From the NCBI GenBank assembly GCA_963805975.1, contig CAWDVR010000004.1:384001-448000 (forward strand): 64,000 bases of DNA, given 5' to 3'. Made by a program: the position numbers and the translations under genes. Within the stretch, counting starts at the first letter, position 1, and each line of letters begins with the position of its first letter. The notes beneath the pieces were generated by a model. That model saw nothing but the letters and a program-made list of their open reading frames with translations, was not told the origin of the DNA and did no database searches. The stretch comes from an uncultured Acidobacteriota bacterium. GTDB taxonomy: Bacteria; Acidobacteriota; Thermoanaerobaculia; Multivoradales; SZUA-115. Positions 30,202 to 40,322 of this stretch are shown piece by piece.

Positions 30202-31000
30202 CCGGCGCCGGCGGGAAGCCGCTCCGGTTGTGCCGGGCCGGCGGGCGCTGGACCGGGGGAGGCGTCGGCGCGGGCTGCTCGTGCCGGGGCGGCTGCTGGT
30301 GGCGCGGCGGCCGGTGGTGCGGGTAGCCGGGGATCGGCACCACGTAGCCGTACGGGTCGTAGCCGTAGAGCACGGGCTCGCGGGCCCGTTCCTGGGCCAG
30401 CACCAGGCGGGCCTCGGCGGCGGCCACCTCGGCGGCCCGGGCGTCGGCACGGCGCCGCTCGGCCTCGAGCACGGCCTGGGCCGTCTCCCAGGCGAGGACG
30501 CGCTCGCGCTCGGCCGCGCTCACCCAGGCGCCGCGGAACTTCACCTCGCCGCGCAGAGCGTGGTACTCCGGCTCGGTCAGCCAGCGGCCCGCGACGAACC
30601 GGTAGCCCAGGGCCTGCCGGGCGCCGGCGTGGCCGGGATCGATGGCGAGCGTGCCGACCAGGAGGCGGCGGGAGAGCGTGGAGGCGCCCTGGTCCCGGCA
30701 CCAGAGGGCGAGCTGGTACCGGCCTTCGGCGTCGCGCTCGTCCATGCGGGCGAGGGCCGCGCGGACGGCCTCATCGAGGCTGGTCTTGCGCTCGATGCGC
30801 GCCACCTTGTCGGCCGGGATCACCAGGGTGCCGAAGGCGGCGTGGATCTCCACGCGGCCGTCCTCGAGGAAGGTCGCCGTGCCCTCCAGCCGGCGGCCGT
30901 TGGCGAGGAAGATCTCGTCGGCGGCCAGGGGCGCCGACGCGGCGAGCGTGAGAGCGAGCAGGAGGGAGAGGCGGGGAGCGAAGGTCGACGTAGTGGTCAT
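30191..31000 (-). CDS. Secreted hypothetical protein with a Pro/His/Gln-rich tail
   Basis: RBS GAGGAGG; signal peptide; DEIFLANGRRLEG; LAIDPGHAGARQALGY. Confidence 0.65.
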   Translation of the reverse strand: MTTTSTFAPRLSLLLALTLAASAPLAADEIFLANGRRLEGTATFLEDGRVEIHAAFGTLVIPADKVARIERKTSLDEAVRAALARMDERDAEGRYQLALWCRDQGASTLSRRLLVGTLAIDPGHAGARQALGYRFVAGRWLTEPEYHALRGEVKFRGAWVSAAERERVLAWETAQAVLEAERRRADARAAEVAAAEARLVLAQERAREPVLYGYDPYGYVVPIPGYPHHRPPRHQQPPRHEQPAPTPPPVQRPPARHNRSGFPPAPVSP

Positions 31001-31120
31001 CAGAGCCTCCTCGAAACCCTAGGGTAGCAGGCGTGGCCGGTGTGGCGTCACCCCCGTGGGCGGTGAGCTCGGGGTCCGCAGAGCCTCGTGCTACCATCGG
31101 CACCTCCAGGAGGACGCTCG

Positions 31121-31657
31121 ATGCCCCACCGTTTCCCCATGCAGGTGGCGCTGCGCGATGGCCGGCGCCTGTTGGTCCGGCCCTTCGCCGAGCGCGACAC
31201 CGAAGGCCTCTACGAGTTCTTCCAGCACCTGCCGGCAGAGGTACGCCGCTTCGCGTGGGACAACATCGAGAACCGTGCCCTGGTCGAGGCCTGGGGAAAG
31301 AACCTGGACTACGGCAAGGTGCTGCCGCTGCTGGCCCTGGACGGCACCCGGATCGTGGCCGACGCCACTCTCCACCGCCGCGAGGGCGGCCCTCTACGCC
31401 GGGCCGGCCGCATCAAGTGGCTGATCGATCCCGACTACCGCGGCCAGGGCCTCGGCACCACGCTGGTCAACACCTTCATCACCATCGCCCGCGAGCAGGG
31501 CCTCAAGCACCTGGTCACTCTGCTGATCGCCGACGCCGAGGCCGACGCCGTCGCCACGCTACGCGACCTCGGCTTCTCCGAGTGGACCCTCCCCGGCTAC
31601 GGCACCGACCCGGACGGCAACCCGCACGACATGGTGATGATGGTGCTGAAGGTCTAG
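31121..31657 (+). CDS. GNAT-family acetyltransferase
   Basis: IDPDYRGQGLGTTL acetyl-CoA motif; AGGAGG RBS. Confidence 0.85.
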   Translation: MPHRFPMQVALRDGRRLLVRPFAERDTEGLYEFFQHLPAEVRRFAWDNIENRALVEAWGKNLDYGKVLPLLALDGTRIVADATLHRREGGPLRRAGRIKWLIDPDYRGQGLGTTLVNTFITIAREQGLKHLVTLLIADAEADAVATLRDLGFSEWTLPGYGTDPDGNPHDMVMMVLKV

Positions 31658-31740
31658 GCGCCGGGCGCCTCCCTCGTCATCCCGAGCGTTTCCTGTTGTC
31701 ACCTGACCTGGGCATCCTCAGCCCAGGAACCAAACCCCCA

Positions 31741-31772
31741 GAAACAAAACGGGCCCCCTCGCGGGAGCCCGG
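31741..31772 (-). terminator. Putative intrinsic terminator of the S8 gene
   Basis: On the minus strand, CGGGCTCCCGCGAGGGGGCCCG followed by TTTTGTTTC. Confidence 0.6.
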
Positions 31773-31797
31773 GAAACTGCCGTGGCCGGCGATGCGG

Positions 31798-34700
31798 CTA
31801 CATCCGCCGCCGGAGCACGAAGAGCGCCGCGCCGGCGAGGGCCGCCATCAGGAGCAGGAGGCCCAGAGTCGACTGCGTCGGGATGTCGATCGCGGCGCCG
31901 AGGCCGAAGACCGTCGCGTCGCCCACGGCACCCGTCGCCGGGTCGTCGGTCGGGAGCGTGGACTCGTTGCTGCCGTTGCCGTCGGAGTCGAAGTGGACGA
32001 AGCCCTGGTTGGAGATGGTGGCTCCGCCCAGGCCGCTGCCGATCACCGCCTCGATGGTGATGGTCACCGAGCCGCCGCCGGGGATCGGGCCGTTCCAGGT
32101 CACAGTGTTGGTCCCTACGTCCGCCAGCACCGTGCCGCTGGTGGCGCTGGCGGAGATCAGCGTCACCTCCGGCGGCAGCACGTCCTCGAACTCGTCGCCG
32201 GGGTTGTCGAGCTGCGCCAGGCCGGTGTTGTTGATCACCACGGTGTAGGTGATCGAGCCGCCTTCGATGAAGCTGCCGGAGACCGTCTTCGAGGCCCCGA
32301 GGGCGGCCGGCGAGCCCACCACGAAGGTGGTCGGGTCGGCGGCGCCGGGCTGGCCCGGATCGTCCGTCGAGCCGGAGGCCTCGTTGCTGCCGTTGCCGTC
32401 CACGTCGGAGCGTACGGTGCCCTGGTTGGAGACCGTCTGGAACTCGGTGCCGGCCTCGATGGTGGCGGTGATGGTGATGGTCACCGAGCCGCCGGCGGGC
32501 ACCGAGCCGTTCCAGGTCACGGTGTTGGTGCCGACGGTGGCGACCGCCGTGCCGCTGGTGGCGCTGGCCGACACCAGGGTGAGCTGCGAGGGCAGCACGT
32601 CGCTGAACTCGTCGCCGGTGTTGTTCTGCTGGTCGAAAGAGCTCGAGTTGTTGAGCGTCACGGTGTAGGTCACGGTGCCGCCGACGCTGAAGGTGCCGGC
32701 GACGGTCTTGGTCGAGGAAACGGTCGCCGGCGAGAGCACGGTGACGGTGGCGGACGCCGCGTTGTTGGCGTTGTCCGGGTCGGCGGTGGTGGAAGCGGCC
32801 GTGCCGTTGTTGGTCAGCGGTCCGGCCATGTTGGGCGCCGTGAAGGTGAGCGACAGCGTGGCGTCCTCACGGGTCTGGGCGCCGAGGCTGGGGATGCTCC
32901 ACACGCCGGTCGCCGGGTTGTAGACCCCGGAGGAAGGCGTGCTGGCGGTCGGCGCCAGGGGCTCGAAGCCGGGGAAGAGCTCGTTGACGGCGATCGAGAA
33001 GGCCGAGTCGTCGCCGGTGTTGGTGGCCGTCAGGTCGATGTCGAAGCTGCCACCGACCAGCACCGTCGGGGTGCTGGCGGTCATCGCGAGGTCGAGGTCC
33101 GCCGACTCCGGCGCGTTGACGATGACGCGCGAAGAGTTGTCGCTGGGGTCGGGGTCGATCGGGCTCGAGGCCGAGATCCGGGCCAGGTTCTCGAGCTCGG
33201 AGGTGGTGTCGAGAGTGGCCGTGATCTGCAGGCTGGCGGAGGCCGCCGCCGCCAGGGCGGGGATGGTCCAGGTGCCGGTCGCCGGCACATAGGCACCGGC
33301 GCCGTTGTCGGAGACGTAGGTCATGCCCACCGGCAGCACATCGACGACGCTGATCGCGGTGGCCGCGCCGGGCCCGTTGTTGGTCACCGTCAGGGTGAAG
33401 ACGACGTTGTCGCCGACGTTCGGGCTGGCCGGGCTCATGCCCTTGGTGAGCGAGAGGTCCGCGGTCTGCGCGGTGTCGAGCGGCACGATCTCGGTGCGGC
33501 TGCCCTCGGTGTTGTGATGGTGCAGCAGGAGGGCGCCCGGCGAGCCGTTGGCCGTCATGTTGGCGGTGTTCCAGGTCACCGGCACGGTGTCGCCGTTCAG
33601 GTCCTCGAACAGGAAGCCGCCGCCGAAGTCGAGGCCGCGGGCCGCGCGGCTCCAGGTGACGAAGCCGGCGCCCGAGTTGTCGAAGCCCGAGCCCGGAACG
33701 AAGGCCGGCAGCGCGCTACAGAGCGGCGAGAAGTACGGGCAGGTCTCGATGCGGTAGCGGAAGTTGTCGTTGCCGGCCGCGAGACCGATGGCCGTGGCCT
33801 GCACCGGGATCACCATCACGTTGTTGGCCATCAGGGCGCTGTCGATGGTGGCCGGCGTGGTGTTGATGAAGAACTGCGAGCCCACCGTGCCGGGCGGCGT
33901 GAAGACGAAGGAGACGTAGTTGTCCTGCGGGTTGTCGGCCGTCGAGCCGAAGAGGTGGCGTGACACCGCTCCCAGGCTCGAGTTGAAGACCACCCGGTCC
34001 CAGGTGCCGTCCTCGTTGTTGTCGATCCAGATGTTGAACACGGTCTCGTTGGCAGAGGACCAGTCGTTCCAGGAGGAGACGCCGAAGAAGATCGTGGCGC
34101 CGGTGGGGTCTGCCGCGACACCCGCGTACTGCAGGTCCGCGGCGCTCGCGGCGAGCGGGATGGCCGGGTTCACCGGGCTCTGGATCTGGAGCTCGAAGGG
34201 CGACACCAGGCCCACCTCGTCGGTGGGGAAGCTGCCGGTGCAGGCCGGGCCGGCGCCGAGGGTGCCGGTGCAGAAGTCCGTGCCGGTGAGGGCGATGGTG
34301 GTCGAGCCGGTGGGGGCACCACCGGTCACGATCGAGCCGGCGCCCATCTGGGTCGCCGGGCGCGGCGCAGAGTAGACGGGCACCCGCAAGCGCAGGGTCG
34401 CGGACTGGCTGAAGGTGATGTAGCCCGCCTCCTCGTTCAGCCGGTGGCGGGGGAGGGCGCCGAGACCGGCGAGGCCGGCCGGGGCGGTCACCGCCTGGGC
34501 CGTGGCCACGGTGCCTTCGTAGGCGTTGTCCATGGCGTTGGCGTTGGCGTCCATCTGCACGGTGAAGGTGGCGGTGCCGCCGGCCGGCACGGTGACGCTC
34601 GAGCCGCCGGGCAGCGAGAAGGCGACGCCCGGCGAGTCGACCACGGTGTCGACGGCGAGGTCGTAGGTCTGGGCCGTGGCGCCGTGGTTGACTACCCGCA

Positions 34701-36921
34701 CGGTCCGCGTGCGGGTCTGCAAGCCCACGATCTGAGTGCCGAAGGACACCGAGACCAGGCCCGGGTCGTCGGCGCTCATCGCGATCACCTGGCCGGTGGC
34801 GGCCCGCGAAACGTCTGCGCGGCCGGCGCCCACGCGGCCGGGGCCGAAGCGCGGCGGCGCGCCGTTGGCACCCAGGGTCGGGTCGTGGGTGGCGTAGTTC
34901 ATAGCCAGCGCCTTGAGCTCCTCGACCGTCCAGGTCGGGTGCTCCTGTCGCAGCAGCGCCATCATGCCCGCGATGTGCGGCGTCGCCATCGAGGTGCCGT
35001 TGTTGTTGAACGCGTTGTTGCCCGCGTTGGTGAAGCTGACGTTGCACTGCGGCGCGCAGCTGCCGCCGGCAAAGCCGACGCCGGTGAGCGACGAGGTGAT
35101 GGTCTGGCCGGGCGCCGCGATGTCCGGCTTGAGCTTGATCGGCGAGGCGATGCGGCGCGGGCCGCGGGCGGAGAAGGTGGCGATGGTGTCGCCGGCGTTG
35201 GCGCCGGCGAGGGTGGCGTTGACCGTACCTGCCGGCTGGGCCTTGATCGCGTTGCCGGTGGCGAGCGAGATCGAGATCGCCGGCACCGTCACATCGAAGC
35301 CGGCGGCGCCGCCCATGACGTTCGGTACCGGGTCGCCCGCGGCGTTGTTGGCCACGATGACACCGATGGCGCCCGCCGTCTGGGCGTTCTGGACCTTGAC
35401 CGTGAAGTTGCACGTGCCGCGGTCGACGAGCACGATGTTGCCGGCGATCGCCGCCGCGTTGGTGAAGGCACAGCAGCCGTCGGTGGCCGAGGCGCCGCAG
35501 GTGGCCGCCGGGGTCGTGGGGTCGATGCCCACCACCACGGTCGCGGTCTGGCCCGACGGCGCCGGGGTCGGTGGCACGGTGTCGCCCGTGAAGGCGTGGT
35601 TGGCAGCCGGGTAGTTGCCGGCGATGGCGCCCGGAGCGTTGACCGTCAGCAGGGCGCCCGGCAGCCCGCTGTCCTGGATCGCCGCGACGTTGATCGAGCG
35701 CCCGGAGGAGGCGGGGCTCGAGGTGATGAAGTAGCTGTCGCCGGCGTTGCCGGAGGCCGCGGCGACGATCACCCCGACCAGCGAGGCGTTCTCGGCCGCC
35801 AGCGCGCTGGTGTCGTTGGCGCTGCCGTAGTTCGAGCCCAGGGACATGTTGATCACGTCCAGGCGGTCGGTGAAGTCGCTGTCGTCGTTGGGGTCGGTCG
35901 CCCAGTCGATCGCCTGCACGGTGAGCACGGTCGAGCCCTGGCAGCCGAAGACGCGCAGGCCGTAGAGCGTCGCCTGGGGCGCCACGCCGGGGCCGATGCG
36001 CAGCGTGCCGAAGGGCGTCGCCGGGCCGTAGGGGCCGGTGTAGCTGGAACCGTCGGAGTTGACGCCGCCGCCCGCGGCCGAGCCCGCCACGTGGGTGCCG
36101 TGGCTGTTGCAGTCCATGGGGTCCGGATCGGGCGCCGGGACGGTGCTGCCGGTCGAGCCGCCGTTGCCGCCGGCGTTGTAGGTGTCGCCCGCGAAGTCCT
36201 GCCCGCCGGCCACCCTGGCGTTGGGGAAGAAGGCGTCCGGCGCCACCGTGCGGTCGTTGGCGGTGTAGTCGGCGAGCAGGCCGGTACCACCGAAGTTCGA
36301 ATGCTGGTAGTCGAGGCCGGTGTCGATGATGCCGATGGTGACCCCGGTGCCGGTCAGGTTCACGCCCAGGCCCAGGGTGTCGCCCCAGGCCGGCGGAGCG
36401 CCGAGGAACGGCACGCTGGTCGAGTTCGACGGCACGTCGGGGTAGAGGAGGCGCACCGCGTTCACTCCCGGCAGCCGGGCGATGGCCGCGAGCTTGCCCG
36501 GCTCGACGCGCACCGCGATGCCGTTGAGCACCCGCTGCACGCGGTAGACCTCCCGCGCCGCGATAGGCGCGGCGGCGAGCCGGCTCCACACCGCGTCCTG
36601 CGCCGCCCGGTTGGCCTCGCGCTGCTGCCGCGCGACGGCGTTGGCGGACGCCATGGCGGCGGGAGACGGGCCGCCGGCCTCGTCCAGAGCGTTGGCGTAG
36701 ACCACGGCGGACGGCAGGCCGGTGAGCTCGACGAAAGCGTGCAACCGCCCGTCCTCGCCGAGCAGCTCGGATTGGGTTGCCGGATCGAAGGTGTCCACCG
36801 CCACTGCCGGCGCGGCGGTCGGCGCGAAGCTCGCCGCCGACGAGGCCAGGGTGGCCAGACCCAACCCGCAGGCCGCGATCAGGAAGAGGGAGAGGAAGCG
36901 GCGGAACGGTCGTGCTTTCAT
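31798..36921 (-). CDS. Large secreted S8 subtilase with PA domain, DUF11-like repeats and an IPTL-CTERM-type tail
   Basis: Triad IIDTG / SHGTHVAG / NGTSMATPH; PA motif VDRGTCNF; ADLSLTK...TLTVTNNGP repeats; ends IPTQSTLGLLLLMAALAGAALFVLRRRM. Confidence 0.92.
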   Translation of the reverse strand: MKARPFRRFLSLFLIAACGLGLATLASSAASFAPTAAPAVAVDTFDPATQSELLGEDGRLHAFVELTGLPSAVVYANALDEAGGPSPAAMASANAVARQQREANRAAQDAVWSRLAAAPIAAREVYRVQRVLNGIAVRVEPGKLAAIARLPGVNAVRLLYPDVPSNSTSVPFLGAPPAWGDTLGLGVNLTGTGVTIGIIDTGLDYQHSNFGGTGLLADYTANDRTVAPDAFFPNARVAGGQDFAGDTYNAGGNGGSTGSTVPAPDPDPMDCNSHGTHVAGSAAGGGVNSDGSSYTGPYGPATPFGTLRIGPGVAPQATLYGLRVFGCQGSTVLTVQAIDWATDPNDDSDFTDRLDVINMSLGSNYGSANDTSALAAENASLVGVIVAAASGNAGDSYFITSSPASSGRSINVAAIQDSGLPGALLTVNAPGAIAGNYPAANHAFTGDTVPPTPAPSGQTATVVVGIDPTTPAATCGASATDGCCAFTNAAAIAGNIVLVDRGTCNFTVKVQNAQTAGAIGVIVANNAAGDPVPNVMGGAAGFDVTVPAISISLATGNAIKAQPAGTVNATLAGANAGDTIATFSARGPRRIASPIKLKPDIAAPGQTITSSLTGVGFAGGSCAPQCNVSFTNAGNNAFNNNGTSMATPHIAGMMALLRQEHPTWTVEELKALAMNYATHDPTLGANGAPPRFGPGRVGAGRADVSRAATGQVIAMSADDPGLVSVSFGTQIVGLQTRTRTVRVVNHGATAQTYDLAVDTVVDSPGVAFSLPGGSSVTVPAGGTATFTVQMDANANAMDNAYEGTVATAQAVTAPAGLAGLGALPRHRLNEEAGYITFSQSATLRLRVPVYSAPRPATQMGAGSIVTGGAPTGSTTIALTGTDFCTGTLGAGPACTGSFPTDEVGLVSPFELQIQSPVNPAIPLAASAADLQYAGVAADPTGATIFFGVSSWNDWSSANETVFNIWIDNNEDGTWDRVVFNSSLGAVSRHLFGSTADNPQDNYVSFVFTPPGTVGSQFFINTTPATIDSALMANNVMVIPVQATAIGLAAGNDNFRYRIETCPYFSPLCSALPAFVPGSGFDNSGAGFVTWSRAARGLDFGGGFLFEDLNGDTVPVTWNTANMTANGSPGALLLHHHNTEGSRTEIVPLDTAQTADLSLTKGMSPASPNVGDNVVFTLTVTNNGPGAATAISVVDVLPVGMTYVSDNGAGAYVPATGTWTIPALAAAASASLQITATLDTTSELENLARISASSPIDPDPSDNSSRVIVNAPESADLDLAMTASTPTVLVGGSFDIDLTATNTGDDSAFSIAVNELFPGFEPLAPTASTPSSGVYNPATGVWSIPSLGAQTREDATLSLTFTAPNMAGPLTNNGTAASTTADPDNANNAASATVTVLSPATVSSTKTVAGTFSVGGTVTYTVTLNNSSSFDQQNNTGDEFSDVLPSQLTLVSASATSGTAVATVGTNTVTWNGSVPAGGSVTITITATIEAGTEFQTVSNQGTVRSDVDGNGSNEASGSTDDPGQPGAADPTTFVVGSPAALGASKTVSGSFIEGGSITYTVVINNTGLAQLDNPGDEFEDVLPPEVTLISASATSGTVLADVGTNTVTWNGPIPGGGSVTITIEAVIGSGLGGATISNQGFVHFDSDGNGSNESTLPTDDPATGAVGDATVFGLGAAIDIPTQSTLGLLLLMAALAGAALFVLRRRM

Positions 36922-37020
36922 CGGCAATGCCTCCATCGCAAAGGACTCGAGCGGAGAGACGAACCCCGGGGTGACAGGCTCTTTTCTGTCGGGGGCAGAC
37001 GTATTGTTTTCGAGTGTCGA

Positions 37021-37049
37021 AATGTACCCGCGGCCTGTAGGGAAGTCAA
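37021..37049 (-). promoter_or_regulatory. Sigma70-type promoter for the S8 gene
   Basis: Minus strand TTGACT-N17-TACATT. Confidence 0.7.
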
Positions 37050-37240
37050 TGCTTTTCCCGCATTCGAGGCTTGCGCGAAGCAGTTTGGGGAGCGCTCGCG
37101 AGGTCCCGGTCGTCCAGAGCTGATCCAAGCCCCTGGATTGCACCGCGGAAATTTGAACAGGCCGCGCCCCCGGAGCCGGCCCTGCTGGCGCTTGAGCTAG
37201 AATTCGGCCAGTTTTTTCCAGTCTCCGAGATGCCCTGTCG

Positions 37241-37256
37241 TGGCATCTCGATTGCT
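37241..37256 (+). promoter_or_regulatory. Sigma54 (-24/-12) promoter for the TonB receptor
   Basis: TGGCAT-CTCGA-TTGCT, 44 bp before the ATG; AAGGAGG RBS. Confidence 0.75.
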
Positions 37257-37300
37257 CCTCTCGCGGTGGACGAACCACCGGCGAGAAGAAGGAGGACGCG

Positions 37301-40204
37301 ATGATCTCGAGCAGGTTCTTTCAACGAGCGCCCGCTGCCCTGGCGGCGATGCTCTTGCTCTTCGGCGCGCTGGCCGCGGCCGGGCCCGCCGTGGCGCAGT
37401 TGCAGTACGGCGACCTCTACGGCACGGTCACCGATCAGGACGGGCAGCCGCTCCCCGGCGTGACCGTGACCGTCACCGGGGTCGGCGCACCGCGGGTGCA
37501 GGCGACCGACGAGACCGGCGGCTTCCGGTTCCTGAACCTCTCCCCTGGCGTCTACGCCGTCAGCGCTCAGCTCGACGGCTTCTCGACGGTGGAGTACCCG
37601 GACATCGCGGTCGAGCTCGGCGGCAAGAAGAACCTCCAGATCCAGCTCAGCTCGTCGATCCGCGAAACCATCACCGTCACCGGCGACGCGCCGCTCCTCG
37701 ACGAGCGTCAGGTCAGCCGCGGTACCAGCGTGCCCGCGAGAGACCTCGACAGCGTGCCGACCGCCCGCGACCCGTGGGCGCTCCTCGCCCTCGCTCCCGG
37801 CGTGCAGGTCGACCGCGTCAACGTCGGCGGCAACGAGAGCGGCCAGCAGTCCGGCTTCCTGGGCCCCGGCGCCTCCGGCACCGAGAACACCTTCTCGGTC
37901 GACGGCGTGATCTTGAACGACATGGCCGCGGTCGGCGCCTCCGCCACCTACTTCGACTTCGGCGCCTTCGAGGAGGTGCAGTTCACGACCTCCTCGGCCG
38001 ACGTCACCGTGGCCACCGCCGGCGTGACCATCAACCAGGTCACCAAGCGCGGCACCAACAACTGGCGCGCCGAAGGCCGCTACCTGCGCACCGACGGCGA
38101 TCTGCAGTCCGAGCCGACGGTCGTCAACGGCAACAAGATCGACTCGGTGCAGGAGTACGGGGCCAATGTCGGCGGTCCGCTGGTCAAGGACCATCTCTGG
38201 ATCTGGGGCTCCTACGGCGAGAGCGACATCCGCAACCTGGCGCCGTCCCCGGTCGGCGATGGGCGCCTGAGCGACCACACCCAGCTCGAGGACTTCAACA
38301 GCAAGCTCAACTTCCAGCTCGGCCAGGAGACCTCGGGCGTCCTCCACTACTGGACGAACGACAAGCAGAAGTTCGGCCGCGTCTCCACCTTCCTCGGCAA
38401 CCCGCTGGTCGAATCGACGCACGACCAGACGACCCCGCAGGACATCTACAAGGTGGAGGCCACGCGCCTCTTCGGCACCAGCTTCGTGCTCACCGGGCTG
38501 TGGGGGAGAGACGACGGCATCTTCACCCTCGCCCCGAAGGGGGGCCGCGACGCCGACGTCTTCACCGACGGGGACAACGTCCTCCACGGCTCGAGCTTCG
38601 ACTTTTTCCAGGACGCGATCATCGACCAGGGGCGGCTCGACGGCAACTACTTCGTGGCGGCCGGCAAGGTCAGCCACGAGCTCAAGTTCGGCGTCGGCTT
38701 CCGCGAGCAGGAGAACCACTCGACCACGGTATGGCCGCGCGGCGTCAACGTCTTCTATCTCGACGGCGAGCTCGCCCTGGCGCGCTTCAACCGCAACCGG
38801 GTGCTGGGCGTCAAGAGCGAGTACGACTCGGCCTGGCTGCAGGACACCTTGAGCCTGGACCGCTGGACGATCGCGGCCGGCCTGCGCTACGACAAGCAGA
38901 GCGGCGAGAACCTGGCCAGCATCTCGCCCGCCAACCCGCGGGCGCCGGACGACATCATTCCCGAGCTGCGCTTCCAGGGCAACGACGCCGGTGGCTTCGA
39001 GTGGGAGACGGTGGTGCCCCGCGTCTCCGTCACCTACGCCGCCGGTGAGAATCGGCAGACTCTCGCCCGCGCCTCGTTCTCACAGTATGCCCAGCAGCTC
39101 AGCCAGGGCCGCATCAGCACCGTCAACCCGGCCGGCGGCTACTCCTACGCCTACTACTACTTCACCGACGCCAACGGCAACCTGGTGCTCGATCCCGGCG
39201 AGACCCCGAGCCTCTACTTCGGCTACACCTACAACATCAACGCCGACGATCCGGGATCGTTGATCTCCCCCAGCTTCAACGACCCCAACCTCGACCCGGC
39301 GATGACCGACGAGGTCACCCTCGGCCTCGAGCACGCCTTCGCGACCGACTTCGCCGGCGGCGTGAGCCTCATCTGGCGCCAGACCACGGACGTGATCGAG
39401 CAGTTCACGCTGGTGACCGACCCGGTGACCGGAGCGGTGCGGCGGTGGACCCGCAACGACTTCGAGTTCCAGGAGACGGTGACCGGGACCCTGCCCGACG
39501 GCTCGATCGGCTCGGGCGATGTCTATCGCCTGCGGGACGGCATCGAGCCTACCGGCGGCTCCTTCATCAGCAACGGCGACAGCAGCCACGAGTACCTGGG
39601 GATCACCGCCAACTTCACCAAGCGCCTGTCCAACCGCTGGTCGGCTCGGGGCCACCTGACCTGGAACGACTGGAAGTGGAACATCGGTCCGGAGTCCCTG
39701 CTCCACGACGATCCCACCAACACCACCGGCGACGGGTTGGACGATTCCGGAAACGACGACAACTACACCGAGGCGTCGGGAGGCGCCAAGGGAGACGTCT
39801 TCGTGGGCTCGCGCTGGGGCTACGGCCTCTCCGGCCTCTACCAGATCGCGCCCGACCAGCCCTGGGGCTTCAACGTCGCCGCCAGCCTGACCGGCCGCGA
39901 GGGCTACGCCTCGCCGCCGGTGTTCCGTGCCTCGCGGGGCAGCGCCGGAAGGGTGCTGGTGGAGATGTCGGACTCGATCGACGAGTTCAGCAACGACGAC
40001 ATCCTGTTGCTCGATGCCCGCGTCGAGAAGGAGTTCACGGTCGGCGACCTCACCATGCTGGTCGGTGTCGACGGCTTCAACCTGCTCAACGAGGACTACA
40101 TCCTGCAGCGCGACCGCCGGCTCGACCTGGGCAGCGCCAACGTGGTCCGCGAGCGACTCTCCCCGCGGGTCTTCCGCGTCGGCGTGACGCTGCGCTATCG
40201 CTAG
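37301..40204 (+). CDS. TonB-dependent receptor, Oar-like
   Basis: Signal peptide; GTVTDQDGQPLPGVTVT N-domain; ARDPWALL, INQVTKRGTN plug; beta-barrel end PRVFRVGVTLRY. Confidence 0.9.
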   Translation: MISSRFFQRAPAALAAMLLLFGALAAAGPAVAQLQYGDLYGTVTDQDGQPLPGVTVTVTGVGAPRVQATDETGGFRFLNLSPGVYAVSAQLDGFSTVEYPDIAVELGGKKNLQIQLSSSIRETITVTGDAPLLDERQVSRGTSVPARDLDSVPTARDPWALLALAPGVQVDRVNVGGNESGQQSGFLGPGASGTENTFSVDGVILNDMAAVGASATYFDFGAFEEVQFTTSSADVTVATAGVTINQVTKRGTNNWRAEGRYLRTDGDLQSEPTVVNGNKIDSVQEYGANVGGPLVKDHLWIWGSYGESDIRNLAPSPVGDGRLSDHTQLEDFNSKLNFQLGQETSGVLHYWTNDKQKFGRVSTFLGNPLVESTHDQTTPQDIYKVEATRLFGTSFVLTGLWGRDDGIFTLAPKGGRDADVFTDGDNVLHGSSFDFFQDAIIDQGRLDGNYFVAAGKVSHELKFGVGFREQENHSTTVWPRGVNVFYLDGELALARFNRNRVLGVKSEYDSAWLQDTLSLDRWTIAAGLRYDKQSGENLASISPANPRAPDDIIPELRFQGNDAGGFEWETVVPRVSVTYAAGENRQTLARASFSQYAQQLSQGRISTVNPAGGYSYAYYYFTDANGNLVLDPGETPSLYFGYTYNINADDPGSLISPSFNDPNLDPAMTDEVTLGLEHAFATDFAGGVSLIWRQTTDVIEQFTLVTDPVTGAVRRWTRNDFEFQETVTGTLPDGSIGSGDVYRLRDGIEPTGGSFISNGDSSHEYLGITANFTKRLSNRWSARGHLTWNDWKWNIGPESLLHDDPTNTTGDGLDDSGNDDNYTEASGGAKGDVFVGSRWGYGLSGLYQIAPDQPWGFNVAASLTGREGYASPPVFRASRGSAGRVLVEMSDSIDEFSNDDILLLDARVEKEFTVGDLTMLVGVDGFNLLNEDYILQRDRRLDLGSANVVRERLSPRVFRVGVTLRYR

Positions 40205-40235
40205 CCGCGGGGTCATCCTCACGAGGCTGGTGACG

Positions 40236-40265
40236 AGGGCGGTCCTGGGGACCGCCCTTTCGTTT
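40236..40265 (+). terminator. Intrinsic terminator after the TonB receptor
   Basis: AGGGCGGTCC-TGG-GGACCGCCCT hairpin followed by TTCGTTT. Confidence 0.75.
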
Positions 40266-40322
40266 GGGTGCGGCCGGCGTCGTGGCCGCTGCCCTTCGAC
40301 ACCGCTGCTAGACTGCCGCGCG

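Noticed and set aside
31960-32700. Two similar DNA blocks as a possible diversity-generating template/variable pair
   Set aside because: Both are in-frame Ig/DUF11-like protein repeats of the S8 gene; the differences are not adenine-specific and no reverse transcriptase is present.
39139-39160. CTA/TAC short repeats as a phase-variation tract
   Set aside because: They simply encode YSYAYYYF in the receptor; the tract is short and in frame.
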